Positions 41,100 to 50,882 of a stretch of 64,000 bases of DNA are shown here, one piece after another. This stretch comes from Planctomycetota bacterium (lineage in GTDB: Bacteria > Planctomycetota > UBA1135 > UBA2386): contig JBKAGP010000001.1 in assembly GCA_046290465.1 (NCBI GenBank), forward strand, positions 6,176,001 to 6,240,000. The letters are read 5' to 3'. Below the pieces are notes generated by a model. The model ran no database searches. It was not told where the DNA came from and saw only the letters and a list, made by a program, of their open reading frames with translations. How positions within the stretch are numbered: position 1 is the first letter of the stretch; the number at the start of each line of letters is the position of its first letter. The position numbers and the translations under genes were made by a program.

Positions 41100-41136
41100 G
41101 GGAGGTCTGGGTGGGGCTGGCCCCACGAAGCCTCGA

Positions 41137-41991
41137 TCAGGGTTGGAAAAACGCTGCTGCGTTCGACAATAGCGTGCTGCGTTCGGCCTCGGACAAGGCC
41201 CCCATTGCTTTGAACCAAAGAGATATGCCGGCAACGATGTCCAGCTTCATGGCGTTCTCGATCGCAAGGATCTGACGAGTCTCCGGAAGCTCCCGTCGCC
41301 AGGCTCCCAAGACGACTCCATCGCGGATCGAGACCATGTCCGCACCCTTGCGCCTAGCTTCGGCAAAGTTGATCATCCCGTTTCGTGCCGAGATGTCGAG
41401 CACCTTGGCGCGGCCATCGGCGATCAGCTGCTCGAATTCCCTGTCACTCGTTTCGTTCCGTAGCTGCCGACATGGAATCGCCAACCTAGTCATTGTTTCG
41501 AGGATTATTCCGAGACGCCGACGATCTTCCGGGCCGATGTAGGTGTCACGTGGATTGAACGACTGGCTGCGTACCAGCAGATCTGGGCGGAACCCACGTT
41601 CGAAGCCAAATGCGACTTCCGATTCGGCGCGCTTGGAGCGGCGGGGGAGTTTCTGCCAGGAGACATCGTTCGCCGTCGGGTCATCGGCCTCGACCGCGGC
41701 GCTCGGGCTTAAAGCCCCGAGGTTCATGGAGTCGATCGCATCAGATAGTGTGCCGTATGCGTCCGTTGCAGCATCGAGGCTCTGGTTGCTCGATGCTGCG
41801 CGACTACTGATTGTCGCGTCTGCCGTTGTCTTCCTTGATGTTCTTGGTTGCCGATTCCAAGCTGAGCGTGTCGCGAGAGCGGCGAGTGTCGCCACGGCGA
41901 GAAAGAGTGCGATGCGGCGGCGAGTTGTTGTCACAGGCCTTGTTGGGGGGGGGGGCGACTGCTGTGTGTTGGGGTGGGTTCTACTCGTCAC
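41137..41991 (-). CDS. Hypothetical membrane-anchored protein in lower-GC islet
   Basis: 284-codon ORF with atypical codon usage; RRRIALFLAVATLAALA anchor; start could be GTG at 41934. Confidence 0.55.
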   Translation of the reverse strand: MTSRTHPNTQQSPPPPTRPVTTTRRRIALFLAVATLAALATRSAWNRQPRTSRKTTADATISSRAASSNQSLDAATDAYGTLSDAIDSMNLGALSPSAAVEADDPTANDVSWQKLPRRSKRAESEVAFGFERGFRPDLLVRSQSFNPRDTYIGPEDRRRLGIILETMTRLAIPCRQLRNETSDREFEQLIADGRAKVLDISARNGMINFAEARRKGADMVSIRDGVVLGAWRRELPETRQILAIENAMKLDIVAGISLWFKAMGALSEAERSTLLSNAAAFFQP

Positions 41992-42280
41992 TGCATAGTG
42001 TGCAGGCGATTTTCAAGTCCAGTACACACACGATCACGTTGTTCTGGTCTCGGAAGCTATACCTTTCAGTGTAGTCGAGTCCGCACCCGATCGTCTCGGG
42101 AGAGGCAACACCAATTTCGATTTTGCCATTTTGCACGGCAACCTGGTTGCCGCCGCCCCACTTAAATGCATGGTCGATCGCGGACCCCGGCGGTATTGTG
42201 AAGCTGAAGCCAAGAACTGGGTAGCACTGGTCAGGATTGACTGGCAAGCAGAATCGGGGCAGGAAGTGCGAGTTGGCCAA
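41981..42280 (-). CDS. Cys-rich hypothetical protein, true 5' end uncertain
   Basis: Six Cys in 99 aa; frame stays open upstream toward the IS remnant without a clear start. Confidence 0.4.
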   Translation of the reverse strand: MANSHFLPRFCLPVNPDQCYPVLGFSFTIPPGSAIDHAFKWGGGNQVAVQNGKIEIGVASPETIGCGLDYTERYSFRDQNNVIVCVLDLKIACTLCSDE

Positions 42281-42499
42281 GAAGTCGCTGGTACGTCGTA
42301 AGTGACTAACCCCGAAATCGTTGCACGCGGCGACGCGCCGTGCTCCTCGACCACCAACAGTGGGTAGTGCAGCATGCGTTCTGTAAACCGTCCGAGGCAG
42401 CTTGACGCAGTCGGCGTTGGTCGGCGCGGTTGGTCGCGAGACGGTGACCAGTGTCCTTGAGGTCCAGGGCGCGCCGGTGGCGCGGTCATGGTTAACGAC

Positions 42500-43640
42500 T
42501 AACGCCTCGCTGCCGAGGCACGCGCGAGTGCCGAGGGGCTGACCCCGTTCGGCAAGGTGCGAGTTCTTCGCCGCACGTACCGCGGCGATGGCGCCGGGGC
42601 GGCCAGCGCCGCTCGACGACGCGTGTGGAATGCGAGGTCGCTACATGGCCCCGGACGTCGAGGAGATGGTGGCGTTTGCGTCGGCGATGCTGACGGCGAG
42701 GGGGGCCGAGCAGCTCTTGGCGAAGGCTCTTCCCGAGGGGCCATCGGCGACAGCTATTCAGAATGCAGTGCGTCGTCTCGGCATCGAGATCGAGGAGCTG
42801 CGCGAGGCGATCGAGGACGCCGTGGCGGCCGAGACGCCGCTCTCGGACAAGGGCGATGTGCTGGTCGCGAGCTGGGACGGCGTGATGGCTCCAATGCGCG
42901 AAACGGCCGACGTGGCGTGGCGCGAGGCGGGCGTCGCCAGCATCTCGACCTACGGGCAAGATGAGGTCGGGCCAGAGAAGCTGCTGGACACGCGATACTT
43001 GGCCAGAATGTCAGAGAGCGGCATGACCACGATTCTCGAACAAATCGCCGATTAGGTGACGCGCGCCAAGGCCGGGTGCGAGTTTCGCGAGTTTGCGGTC
43101 ATCTGCGACGGCAAGGACACGATCTGAACCAGCGCGACGACGCAGCCCGTGCCGCACGGCGCAGTGTGGATCCTCGACTTCTACCACGCCTCCGAGAACC
43201 TGATGAAGGCCGCCAAGGCCATCTTCGGTGGCGGCGACGAGGCCACGCGGTGGCATGACAAGCACCGCGAGAAGCTGCGGCGCGACCCGTGCGGCTGCGC
43301 GAACCATCCGGTCGATGCGCCGCTACCGGAACACCCTGGCCAAGGACAGCACCGAGTGGAAGGTGATCACGAACACCATCGCCTACTTCCGCCGCCACCA
43401 GGATCGGATGCGCTACGCAGAGTTCATCGCTCGCGGCCTTCCGATCCGCAGCGATCCCGTCGAGTCCGCAGCCAAGACCATCGTCCAGGCACGACTCAAA
43501 GCGCAGCGGCATGCGGTGGTCTCGCGATGGCGGGCAGCATGTCCTCAACCTTCGAAGCCTGCTGAACTCAGAGCGATGGGCGCCGATGTGGAGCACGCTC
43601 AAGAAGGCCGCGTGACATGCCTCGATCCAAAGTCACACCC
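42500..43640 (+). mobile_element. Decayed ISKra4-family insertion sequence (transposase pseudogene)
   Basis: Fragments SWDGVMAPMR, WREAGV, RYLARMSE, ILDFYHASE, YFRRHQDRMRY..GLPIRSDPVESAAK in different frames with internal stops; terminal-like AAAGTCACACCC at 43629-43640; left boundary approximate. Confidence 0.8.
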
Positions 43641-43668
43641 CGTCATGGGGCAGGCTTGACTAGGCAGC

Positions 43669-44853
43669 GTGTACACCCTGCTCATGACTTTGGCGATCGC
43701 GATGGGCATCGCGGCGACAGCAGCTGCGTTCCTTTCATCGAGGTTGATGGCACAGGATCCAGTTGAGGTGCCCCGGGGCACCGTCGCCTGGAAGTTCGCG
43801 CCCGACCGCGCCTGGTTCGGGGGGCTCGAATACGGCGACGGCGTCGTCTACGCCCTCGAGCGCACGGGCTTCGTCTACGCGCTCGACGCGAAGACCGGTG
43901 AGCAGCTGTGGAAGAGCCGGACGCAGCGGCGCTGCGACCAGCAGTTCGGCATCGAACTGCCGCTGGGCGAGCAGCCGCCGGGGCTGTGCTTCAGCAGCGA
44001 CGACGGGCTGTGCCTGCTCGACCTGAAGACCGGCAAGGAGCTGTGGCACACCGACGTCGACGGCCTCGACGGGCCGGCGTGCACCGAGCAGGCGGTGATC
44101 GCCGGCAGCAGCGACGGCAAGATCTACGCGTTCTCGCTGCGGGATGGCAAGAGGCTGTGGGAGCACGACTACGTCGAGGACGCCGAGGAACTGCCGGGCT
44201 CGGACGGCCACGGCGCGCGTTTCGCCGGCAAGGCGGCGCGGCCCGGCCACGCGTCGACGGACGGCAGCCTGGTGGTGCTGCCGGTGTTCGACCAGGGGCG
44301 CGCGGTGGCGGTCGACGCCAGGACCGGCGAGCGGCGGTGGGCGTTCCAGACCAAGGGCTGGATGGGGGCGCGGCCGACGTTCGGGCCGCGCAACGTCATG
44401 CTCGGCAGCCAGGACAAGCACATCTACGCGGTCGACAAGACCACCGGCAAGCTCTCCTGGGAGCACCGGACCGGCGGCCGCATCAGCGGCAGTGCGCGTG
44501 CGACCGAGCGCTTTGCGTTCGTCGGTTCGTGCGATGCGCGGCTCTACTGCGTCGACCAGGTCGTCGGCCACGTGCCGTGGCGTTACGAGACCGAGCACGA
44601 CGAGGGCTACGGCGCGCCGATCTACAGCCGGCCGCTGCTGCTCGACGACGTCGTCTATCTGGCCGCGATGCGAGGCAAGCTCTACGCCGTCGATCGCAAG
44701 ACCGGCGCGGAGCGCTGGAAGATGACGCCGGTCGAGGACTCGGAGCCCAACAGCGACCTGTTCACCGACGGCCAGCGGCTGTTCCTGAGCACGCGCCGCG
44801 ACGGCGACAAGGGCCAGGGTGCGGTGGTCGCCATCGATCTGCCGAAGTCGTGA
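43669..44853 (+). CDS. PQQ-like repeat beta-propeller protein (BamB-like repeats)
   Basis: Repeated YAxDxxTGxxxW motifs; N-terminal hydrophobic segment. Confidence 0.88.
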   Translation: MYTLLMTLAIAMGIAATAAAFLSSRLMAQDPVEVPRGTVAWKFAPDRAWFGGLEYGDGVVYALERTGFVYALDAKTGEQLWKSRTQRRCDQQFGIELPLGEQPPGLCFSSDDGLCLLDLKTGKELWHTDVDGLDGPACTEQAVIAGSSDGKIYAFSLRDGKRLWEHDYVEDAEELPGSDGHGARFAGKAARPGHASTDGSLVVLPVFDQGRAVAVDARTGERRWAFQTKGWMGARPTFGPRNVMLGSQDKHIYAVDKTTGKLSWEHRTGGRISGSARATERFAFVGSCDARLYCVDQVVGHVPWRYETEHDEGYGAPIYSRPLLLDDVVYLAAMRGKLYAVDRKTGAERWKMTPVEDSEPNSDLFTDGQRLFLSTRRDGDKGQGAVVAIDLPKS

Positions 44854-44872
44854 TCGGGTGGGGGTGATGTGG

Positions 44873-44919
44873 GTGGGTTGGCCTGTGGGTTGACCGGTGG
44901 GCTGGCCCGTCGGCTGGCG
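44873..44919. repeat. Imperfect 12-bp G-rich tandem repeat x4
   Basis: GTGGGTTGGCCT / GTGGGTTGACCG / GTGGGCTGGCCC / GTCGGCTGGCG. Confidence 0.6.
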
Positions 44920-44957
44920 GTGGGAAGGCTGGTGCTGGCTGGTGGAAGGAACGCGCA

Positions 44958-45032
44958 AACACCGCATACCGAACCTGGTTCATCCTGCGCCGCGAAGCGG
45001 CGCAGGATGAACCAGGTTCGGTATGCGGTGTT
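44958..45032. repeat. Perfect 36-bp inverted repeat with GAA loop (REP-like, possible bidirectional terminator)
   Basis: Left arm 44958-44993 is the exact reverse complement of 44997-45032; lies between convergent genes. Confidence 0.9.
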
Positions 45033-45040
45033 GCGTCGGA

Positions 45041-46750
45041 TCAGCGCTGGCCGCCGGCGCCTTCGGCCGGTTCGGCCAGCACCTTGCAGGCTTGTTGGAC
45101 CAGCGCGATCAGTTCCTGGTTGCGGTCGGCGTCGAGGCCCTGGGCCAGTTCGGCGAGCAGGTCGGGCGTGATCGAGCCGCGGTGTTCGTCGTCGCGGAGC
45201 TGCATCGCGACGGCGGCGGCGGTGGCGGCGACGTGGCCGTTCTTCGACAGCGCCGGCGGCTTGCCGGCGGGCGCCGGCAGTTCGTGGGCGATCTCCTTGC
45301 TGGTGTCGCCCTCGGCCGGCTTGTAGCGAACGCGCAGGGTCGCGAGCGGGGCGTCGCCGGCTTCGGCGCCGGCGACGCGCTCGATCTCGTAGAGCGCGGT
45401 GACGTCGTGGCCGGCGCCCATCTCGCCGCCGTCCTTCTTGTCGTCGCGGAAGTCGCGCGCGGCCAGCGCGCGGTTCTCGTAGCCGAGCAGGCGGTAGCGC
45501 TTGACGAGGCCCTGATGGAACTCGGCCTGCAGCTTGACGTCCTTGGCCACCGTCATCATCTCGGCGCCGAACTCCTCGACGAGCACCCGGCGCGCCGTGT
45601 GCAGGTTGTCGACGTAGTGGTAGTTGCCGTTGCCGCGGTTGGCGAGACGCTCGAGGCGGTCGTCCTTGAGGTTGCCGGTGCCGAACCCGAGCACGGTCAG
45701 GAAGACGCCCTGCTCCTTGCGCGCCTTGATGAACTCCTCGAGCTCGTCGGCGTCGCGGATGCCGACGTTGAAGTCGCCGTCGGTCGCCAGCAGCACGCGG
45801 TTGACGCCCTGCACCTTGTTCTTGGTGGCCAGCTCGTAGGCCGCCTGGATGCCGCCCTGGCCGTTGGTGCCGCCGCTGGTGCGCAGCGCCTGGATCGCCT
45901 CGCGGATCTTGCCCGGCTCGCTGCCGGAGATCGAGTCGAGCGGCACCCGCACGCTGTTGGCGTAGGTGACGATCGACACCGTGTCCTGCGGGCGTAGCTG
46001 GTCGATCAGCAGGTCGCTCGCCTTCTGCAGCAGCGGCAGCTTGTCCGCGTTGCGCATCGATCCCGACACGTCGATCAAGAACACGAAGTTGCAGGGCGGC
46101 AGCTTGTCCTTGTCGATCGCGCGCGTGCTCAGCGAGAACCGCACCAGCTCTCGCTCGGCGTTCCACGGGCAGGCGGCGACCTCGGACTCGATCGCAAACG
46201 TGGTGCGCCCGGTCGGCGTCGGCAGGTCGTAGCGGCAGGCGTTGACGAACTCCTCGACGCGGATGGCGGTGGTCGGCGGCCGTTCGCCGTCGCGCAGGAT
46301 GCGGTGCGCGTTGGTGAACGACGCGGTGTCGACGTCGGCGGCGAACGTCGACAGCGGCGAGGCCTCCGGTGTCAGGTAGCCGCTGGCGTCGACCTCGGCG
46401 TAGCTCTCGGCATCGCCGCCGTCGAGCCGCATCGCCCGCCGGCGGCCGCTGCGGCCGCCGAACGAACCGCCGGCGCCGCCGCCCACCCCGACCGCCGAGT
46501 TCCACTGGTTCGAATCGAACGCGCTCTCCTTCTTGGCCTCGGGCGCCGCTTCGCTCTCGACGATCAGCACCTCCTCGACCACGTCCTCGGGCTGCTCCGT
46601 CGGCGGCGGCGGCGGCGGCGGCTCCTCGATCTCGTTCGCCACCGGTACGTCCTGCGCTGGCGTCGGTAGGGCCTTGGTCGGGGCGGGATGGTCGTCGCAG
46701 CTGGCGAGCAGCAGCGCGACCGGGAGCAACAGCGGGATTCGACGCACCAT
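45041..46750 (-). CDS. VWA-domain lipoprotein (YfbK-like, vWF_A plus DUF3520)
   Basis: Lipobox LLLASC; PLSTFAADVDTAS, IDVSGSM MIDAS, LATDGDFNVG, YRLLGYENR. Confidence 0.92.
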   Translation of the reverse strand: MVRRIPLLLPVALLLASCDDHPAPTKALPTPAQDVPVANEIEEPPPPPPPTEQPEDVVEEVLIVESEAAPEAKKESAFDSNQWNSAVGVGGGAGGSFGGRSGRRRAMRLDGGDAESYAEVDASGYLTPEASPLSTFAADVDTASFTNAHRILRDGERPPTTAIRVEEFVNACRYDLPTPTGRTTFAIESEVAACPWNAERELVRFSLSTRAIDKDKLPPCNFVFLIDVSGSMRNADKLPLLQKASDLLIDQLRPQDTVSIVTYANSVRVPLDSISGSEPGKIREAIQALRTSGGTNGQGGIQAAYELATKNKVQGVNRVLLATDGDFNVGIRDADELEEFIKARKEQGVFLTVLGFGTGNLKDDRLERLANRGNGNYHYVDNLHTARRVLVEEFGAEMMTVAKDVKLQAEFHQGLVKRYRLLGYENRALAARDFRDDKKDGGEMGAGHDVTALYEIERVAGAEAGDAPLATLRVRYKPAEGDTSKEIAHELPAPAGKPPALSKNGHVAATAAAVAMQLRDDEHRGSITPDLLAELAQGLDADRNQELIALVQQACKVLAEPAEGAGGQR

Positions 46751-46874
46751 GCGCGGGTCGAACGCCGTCGTCGGGATCCGGTTCGCTGGTTTTCCGAGAA
46801 CGCCCGCTCAGAACGTCCACGTCGCCCCGAGCAGCAGGCCCTGGGTCTCGACGTCGGCGCTGTCCGACGCGGCG

Positions 46875-48230
46875 CTACTTGGGCAGCGCGATGCGCGGCG
46901 CCTGCTTCATCCAGGCCTCGACCTCGTCGGGGTGCGACGGCACGTTGCGGCTCATCACCTCGCAGCCGTTCTCGGTGACCAGCACGCAGTCCTCGATCCG
47001 GCAGCCGTAGCCCTTCTTGGGCAGGTACGCGCCCGGCTCGACGGTGATGACCATGCCGGCCTCGAGCACGTCGACCGACGGATCGTGCACGGCGAGGCCG
47101 ACGTGGTGGCACGGACCGTGGTCGTTCTTGTAGCCGCGTTCGACGAGCATGCGCGCGCACAGGCCGCCGAGCTGGCTGAGCCGCGCGCCCGGCTTGACCT
47201 GCTCGAGCAGCGCCTGCTGCACCTCGTAGACGTCGGTGACCAGCTTGCGCTGCTCGGGGGTGAACGTGCCCGACGCCGGGAACGTGCGGGTCACGTCGCT
47301 GCAGTAGCCGTGCAGCGTCGACGCGTAGTCCATCACGATCAGGTCGTCGTCGAGCAGCTTCCGGGTGCAGGCGTTGTAGTGCAGGATGCAGCCGTTGGGG
47401 CCGCCGCCGACGATCGCCGCGTAGGCGTCGGGTCCGCAGCCGTGCAGCGCGAACACGCAGCGCGCGACCGCCGCCAGCTGGTACTCGTAGGCGCCCGGGC
47501 GCACGCTGCGCATCGCCTCGCCGATGCCCTCGGCGGCGATCTCGGTCGAACGGCGCAGCAGCGCCAGTTCGGTCGCGGACTTGTGCGGGCGCATGCGATG
47601 CACGTAGCGCTCGAGCGACTCGATCACGACGCCGGGCATCAGCTTGGCGAGCGCCTGCGAAAACGCCTTCTCGCGGCTGACGCGCCCGTCGAGCGGGTCC
47701 TTGCTGAGCGCCGACGCCGACTCGCGCGACTTGCTCGGGGTGCTGCCGAGCCGCGCGGCCGGCCGGGTCGCGGTGATGACCGTGCGCGGCTGGTGGTCGT
47801 GGAGCTCCGTCAGGCGGCGGTGCAGCGAGCGCACGTTGCCGACCTCGCCGAAGCCGGTCGCCTTGGCGCTGGCCTCGCCCGGCGCCAGGAAGCGGCCGTC
47901 CCACTTGGCCGAGAACGGCGAGTACGGCGGCACCAGCAGTTCGTCGTGCACCAGCTTGCCGTCGTCGACGATCAGCAGCATCGCGACGGTCGGCTCGGCC
48001 ACGCCGGTCAGGTAGAGGAAGTCCTGGTCCTGCGCGAACGTGCCCATGTCCGGCTGCCTGGCGCCGCCGCGCAGCACCACGATCACCTGCTCGCCTCGGT
48101 GCTTGTCCCCGATGGCGGCGGCGAGCGCGACCCGCCGCTGCCGGTGTTCGTCCGGTTGGATGGGGGAGACCGCGGCCTGCGCGATCAGCAGGGTCGGCAG
48201 CAACAGCGGCAACGCGAGCAGACGGATCAT
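46875..48230 (-). CDS. Exported Xaa-Pro aminopeptidase (M24B)
   Basis: Signal MIRLLALPLLL; QDQDFLYLTG, metal ligands D..SDVTRT, HHVGLAVHD, TVEPG, RIED. Confidence 0.9.
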   Translation of the reverse strand: MIRLLALPLLLPTLLIAQAAVSPIQPDEHRQRRVALAAAIGDKHRGEQVIVVLRGGARQPDMGTFAQDQDFLYLTGVAEPTVAMLLIVDDGKLVHDELLVPPYSPFSAKWDGRFLAPGEASAKATGFGEVGNVRSLHRRLTELHDHQPRTVITATRPAARLGSTPSKSRESASALSKDPLDGRVSREKAFSQALAKLMPGVVIESLERYVHRMRPHKSATELALLRRSTEIAAEGIGEAMRSVRPGAYEYQLAAVARCVFALHGCGPDAYAAIVGGGPNGCILHYNACTRKLLDDDLIVMDYASTLHGYCSDVTRTFPASGTFTPEQRKLVTDVYEVQQALLEQVKPGARLSQLGGLCARMLVERGYKNDHGPCHHVGLAVHDPSVDVLEAGMVITVEPGAYLPKKGYGCRIEDCVLVTENGCEVMSRNVPSHPDEVEAWMKQAPRIALPK

Positions 48231-48342
48231 GCCGGCAGCATACGGACGTCGCCCCGCTGCCGCGGGGACGTTCTGCGGGGCGACGTGCCGGTGGGGCAAC
48301 ATCGGTACGTGGGCCGTGGGCGGTCGCGTTACCATGTCGGCG

Positions 48343-50745
48343 ATGCGACACGCCCTCGTCGTCCCGTTTCTCGGTCTGGTCCTCTCTGCGCAGCAAGCGC
48401 CCGCCGAAGAGGCGCAGGAGACCTACGGCCACTCGCGCCACGGCAGCACGTTCGACGAAGGTCCGCGCTCGGCCGCCTACCTGATGCCCGGCATGGGCGA
48501 CGCGGTGCACTTCCCGGTCGACGGGATCAGCGAGCTGGCGCAGCAGTACTTCGACCAGGGCATCACCCAGCAGCACGGCTTCTGGCACTTCGAGGCCGAG
48601 CGCAGCTTCCGCCAGGTCGCCAGGCTGCACCCGGACTGCGCGATGGCCTACTGGGGCATGTGCCGCGCCAACGACGAGAACGCCGAGCGCGCCGCCGGCT
48701 TCATCGCCAACGCGGTCGCGCGCAGCAAGGACTGCAGCGAGCGCGAGCAGCTGTGGATCGACGCGTGGGCGCGCTACTACCGCGTCGACGCCGAGGACCG
48801 CAAGGAGCTGCAGTCGGGCGACGCCGCGCGCCGCGACGCAGCGGTCGAGAAGGTCGTCGAGAAGAACAAGAAGCGGGAGAAGAAGGACCTCGACAAGCTC
48901 GACAAGAAGCTGCTGAAGGACCTCGGCACGATCGTGTTCGAGTACCCGGACGACGTCGAGGCCAAGGCGTTCCTGGCGATCCAGAACTGGCTGGCGTACC
49001 GCTGGGGCGGCGGCGTGCCGATCGTCTCGCACACCGCGGTCGACGCGCTGCTCGACCAGGTCTTCGCCGCGAAGCCGCTGCACCCGGCACACCACTACCG
49101 CATCCACCTCTGGGACCGCGAGGACGCCCGCCGCGCGCTCGACTCGGCCGCCAAGAACGGCTCCAGCGCGCCGGCGATCGCGCACCAGTGGCACATGCCC
49201 GGCCACATCTACGCCAAGCTCAACCGGCACGCCGAGGCCGCCTGGCAGCAGGAGGCGTCGGGCCGCGCCGACCACGCGCACATGATGCGCGACGGCGTGA
49301 TGCCGTTCTTGATCCACAACTGCGCGCACAACCAGGAGTGGCTGGCGCGCAGCCTCGGCCACTGCGGCCGCGTCGAGGACGCGCTGCAGATCGCCAAGAA
49401 CCTGGTCGAGCTGCCGCGCCACCCCGAGCACAACCAGATCGCGAGCGGCGGTTCGGCGGCCGGCTACGGCCGCAAGCGCCTGATCCAGCTGTGCGAGGAC
49501 CACAACCTGTGGGCGCAGGCGCTCGAGCTGGTGCAGCAGGGCTACCTCGAGCAGAGCGACGACCTCGAGAGCGAGGTCGCGCGGCTGCGGCTGCTCGGCC
49601 GCGCCTGCTACCGCCTCGGCCGCAAGGACGACGGCGCGCGCGTGGTCGCCGACGTCGGCAACCTGCTGTCGAAGGCCCGCACCCAGCGCGCTTCGGCGAT
49701 CGACAAGGCCGAGGAGGACGCGCACGAGCGGCGCCTCAAGCGCGACAAGATGCTGGCCGCCGTCGCCGACGCCGGCAAGGAGCCGACCAGCGTCGTGCAG
49801 TCGGTGCTCGACCTGCAGCGTGAGCTCGAGGCCGAGCGGCTGCTCGCCGACGGCGACGCGGTCGCGGCCCTGAAGGAGCTCGAGGGCGTGCGCATCAGCC
49901 AGGCGCTGCGCACCGGCATCCAGATCGCGGCCGGCAAGGTCGACGACGCCGTCAAGGCGCTGGAGAAGGACGACCAGCGCAACCCGAACCGGATGGCGAC
50001 CATCGCGGCGCTGTTCCGCGCCCACGCGGCCCGGCTCGACGCCGCCACGGACGACGAGGCCAAGGCCGCCGCCGAGGACCAGCTGCGAGGCTACATGGTG
50101 CGCGTCATGGAGCTCGCGCCGCTCGCCTACGCCGAGCAGCACCTCGGCATCGGCGTCGACGTCAACCGCCACGGGATCCCGGCGTCGGCCTCGGCGTCGA
50201 CCGAGGGCTTCGGCAAGGACTTCGGCGCGCGCCCCGAGCTCGCGTCGATCGGCCCGCGGGTCTGGAGCCCGGTGCCGAACCCGGGCTTCGCCCTGCCGGC
50301 CATCGACGGCGCCGACGTCGAGCTGGCGGAGGCGGGCGACGGCCGCGCCAAGCTGGTCGTCTTCTACCTGGGCTTCGGCTGCCTGCACTGCGTCGAGCAG
50401 CTGCACGCGCTGCGGCCGATGCAAAAGCGCTTCGCCGACGCGGGCATCGACATCGTCGCGGTCGGCTCGGACACGGTCGCGAGCACCAAGCAGGCGTTCC
50501 TCGACCTGCCGGCCCAGGAGCGCATGCCGTTCCCGATGCTGTGCGACGAGCAGCTCGAGGCCTTCAAGCGCTGGCGCTGCTATGACGACTTCGAAGCGAT
50601 GACCCTGCACGGCACGTTCCTGGTGGACGGAACGGGCCGCGTGCGCTGGCAGGACATCAGCTACGAGCCGTTCATGGAGGTCGAGTGGCTGCTGCAGGAG
50701 AGCCGCCGCCTGCTGGCGCTGCCGGTCCCGGTGGGGGCCCGCTAG
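48343..50745 (+). CDS. Exported TPR-like helical protein with C-terminal AhpC/TSA redoxin domain
   Basis: AHHYRIHLWD, HQWHMPGHIY helical region; C-terminal FYLGFGCLHC and HGTFLVDGTGRVRW. Confidence 0.85.
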   Translation: MRHALVVPFLGLVLSAQQAPAEEAQETYGHSRHGSTFDEGPRSAAYLMPGMGDAVHFPVDGISELAQQYFDQGITQQHGFWHFEAERSFRQVARLHPDCAMAYWGMCRANDENAERAAGFIANAVARSKDCSEREQLWIDAWARYYRVDAEDRKELQSGDAARRDAAVEKVVEKNKKREKKDLDKLDKKLLKDLGTIVFEYPDDVEAKAFLAIQNWLAYRWGGGVPIVSHTAVDALLDQVFAAKPLHPAHHYRIHLWDREDARRALDSAAKNGSSAPAIAHQWHMPGHIYAKLNRHAEAAWQQEASGRADHAHMMRDGVMPFLIHNCAHNQEWLARSLGHCGRVEDALQIAKNLVELPRHPEHNQIASGGSAAGYGRKRLIQLCEDHNLWAQALELVQQGYLEQSDDLESEVARLRLLGRACYRLGRKDDGARVVADVGNLLSKARTQRASAIDKAEEDAHERRLKRDKMLAAVADAGKEPTSVVQSVLDLQRELEAERLLADGDAVAALKELEGVRISQALRTGIQIAAGKVDDAVKALEKDDQRNPNRMATIAALFRAHAARLDAATDDEAKAAAEDQLRGYMVRVMELAPLAYAEQHLGIGVDVNRHGIPASASASTEGFGKDFGARPELASIGPRVWSPVPNPGFALPAIDGADVELAEAGDGRAKLVVFYLGFGCLHCVEQLHALRPMQKRFADAGIDIVAVGSDTVASTKQAFLDLPAQERMPFPMLCDEQLEAFKRWRCYDDFEAMTLHGTFLVDGTGRVRWQDISYEPFMEVEWLLQESRRLLALPVPVGAR

Positions 50746-50882
50746 GCCCGCCGGCCGACCGGGATCTGCTCCCGGTGGGGTAGCCCGGCGCGACCGGACG
50801 ACTAGAACTCGTTGCCGCGGCCATGCCGCCGTGGCATCCTTCCGTCCTCACCTCGCACACAAGCAAACCAGGGAGGTCAGGC

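Noticed and set aside
42485..43648. GTCATGG at 42485 and 43642 as a target-site duplication of the IS
   Set aside because: 7-bp match with no recognisable left inverted repeat beside it; could be chance
43669..44853. Calling the propeller protein BamB
   Set aside because: No clear lipobox and no bam/der context; PQQ-like repeats alone are not diagnostic
46533..50610. 1096-aa and 1348-aa overlapping ORFs
   Set aside because: Shadow or alternate frames of the aminopeptidase and redoxin genes; Arg/Ala-rich with no recognisable motifs
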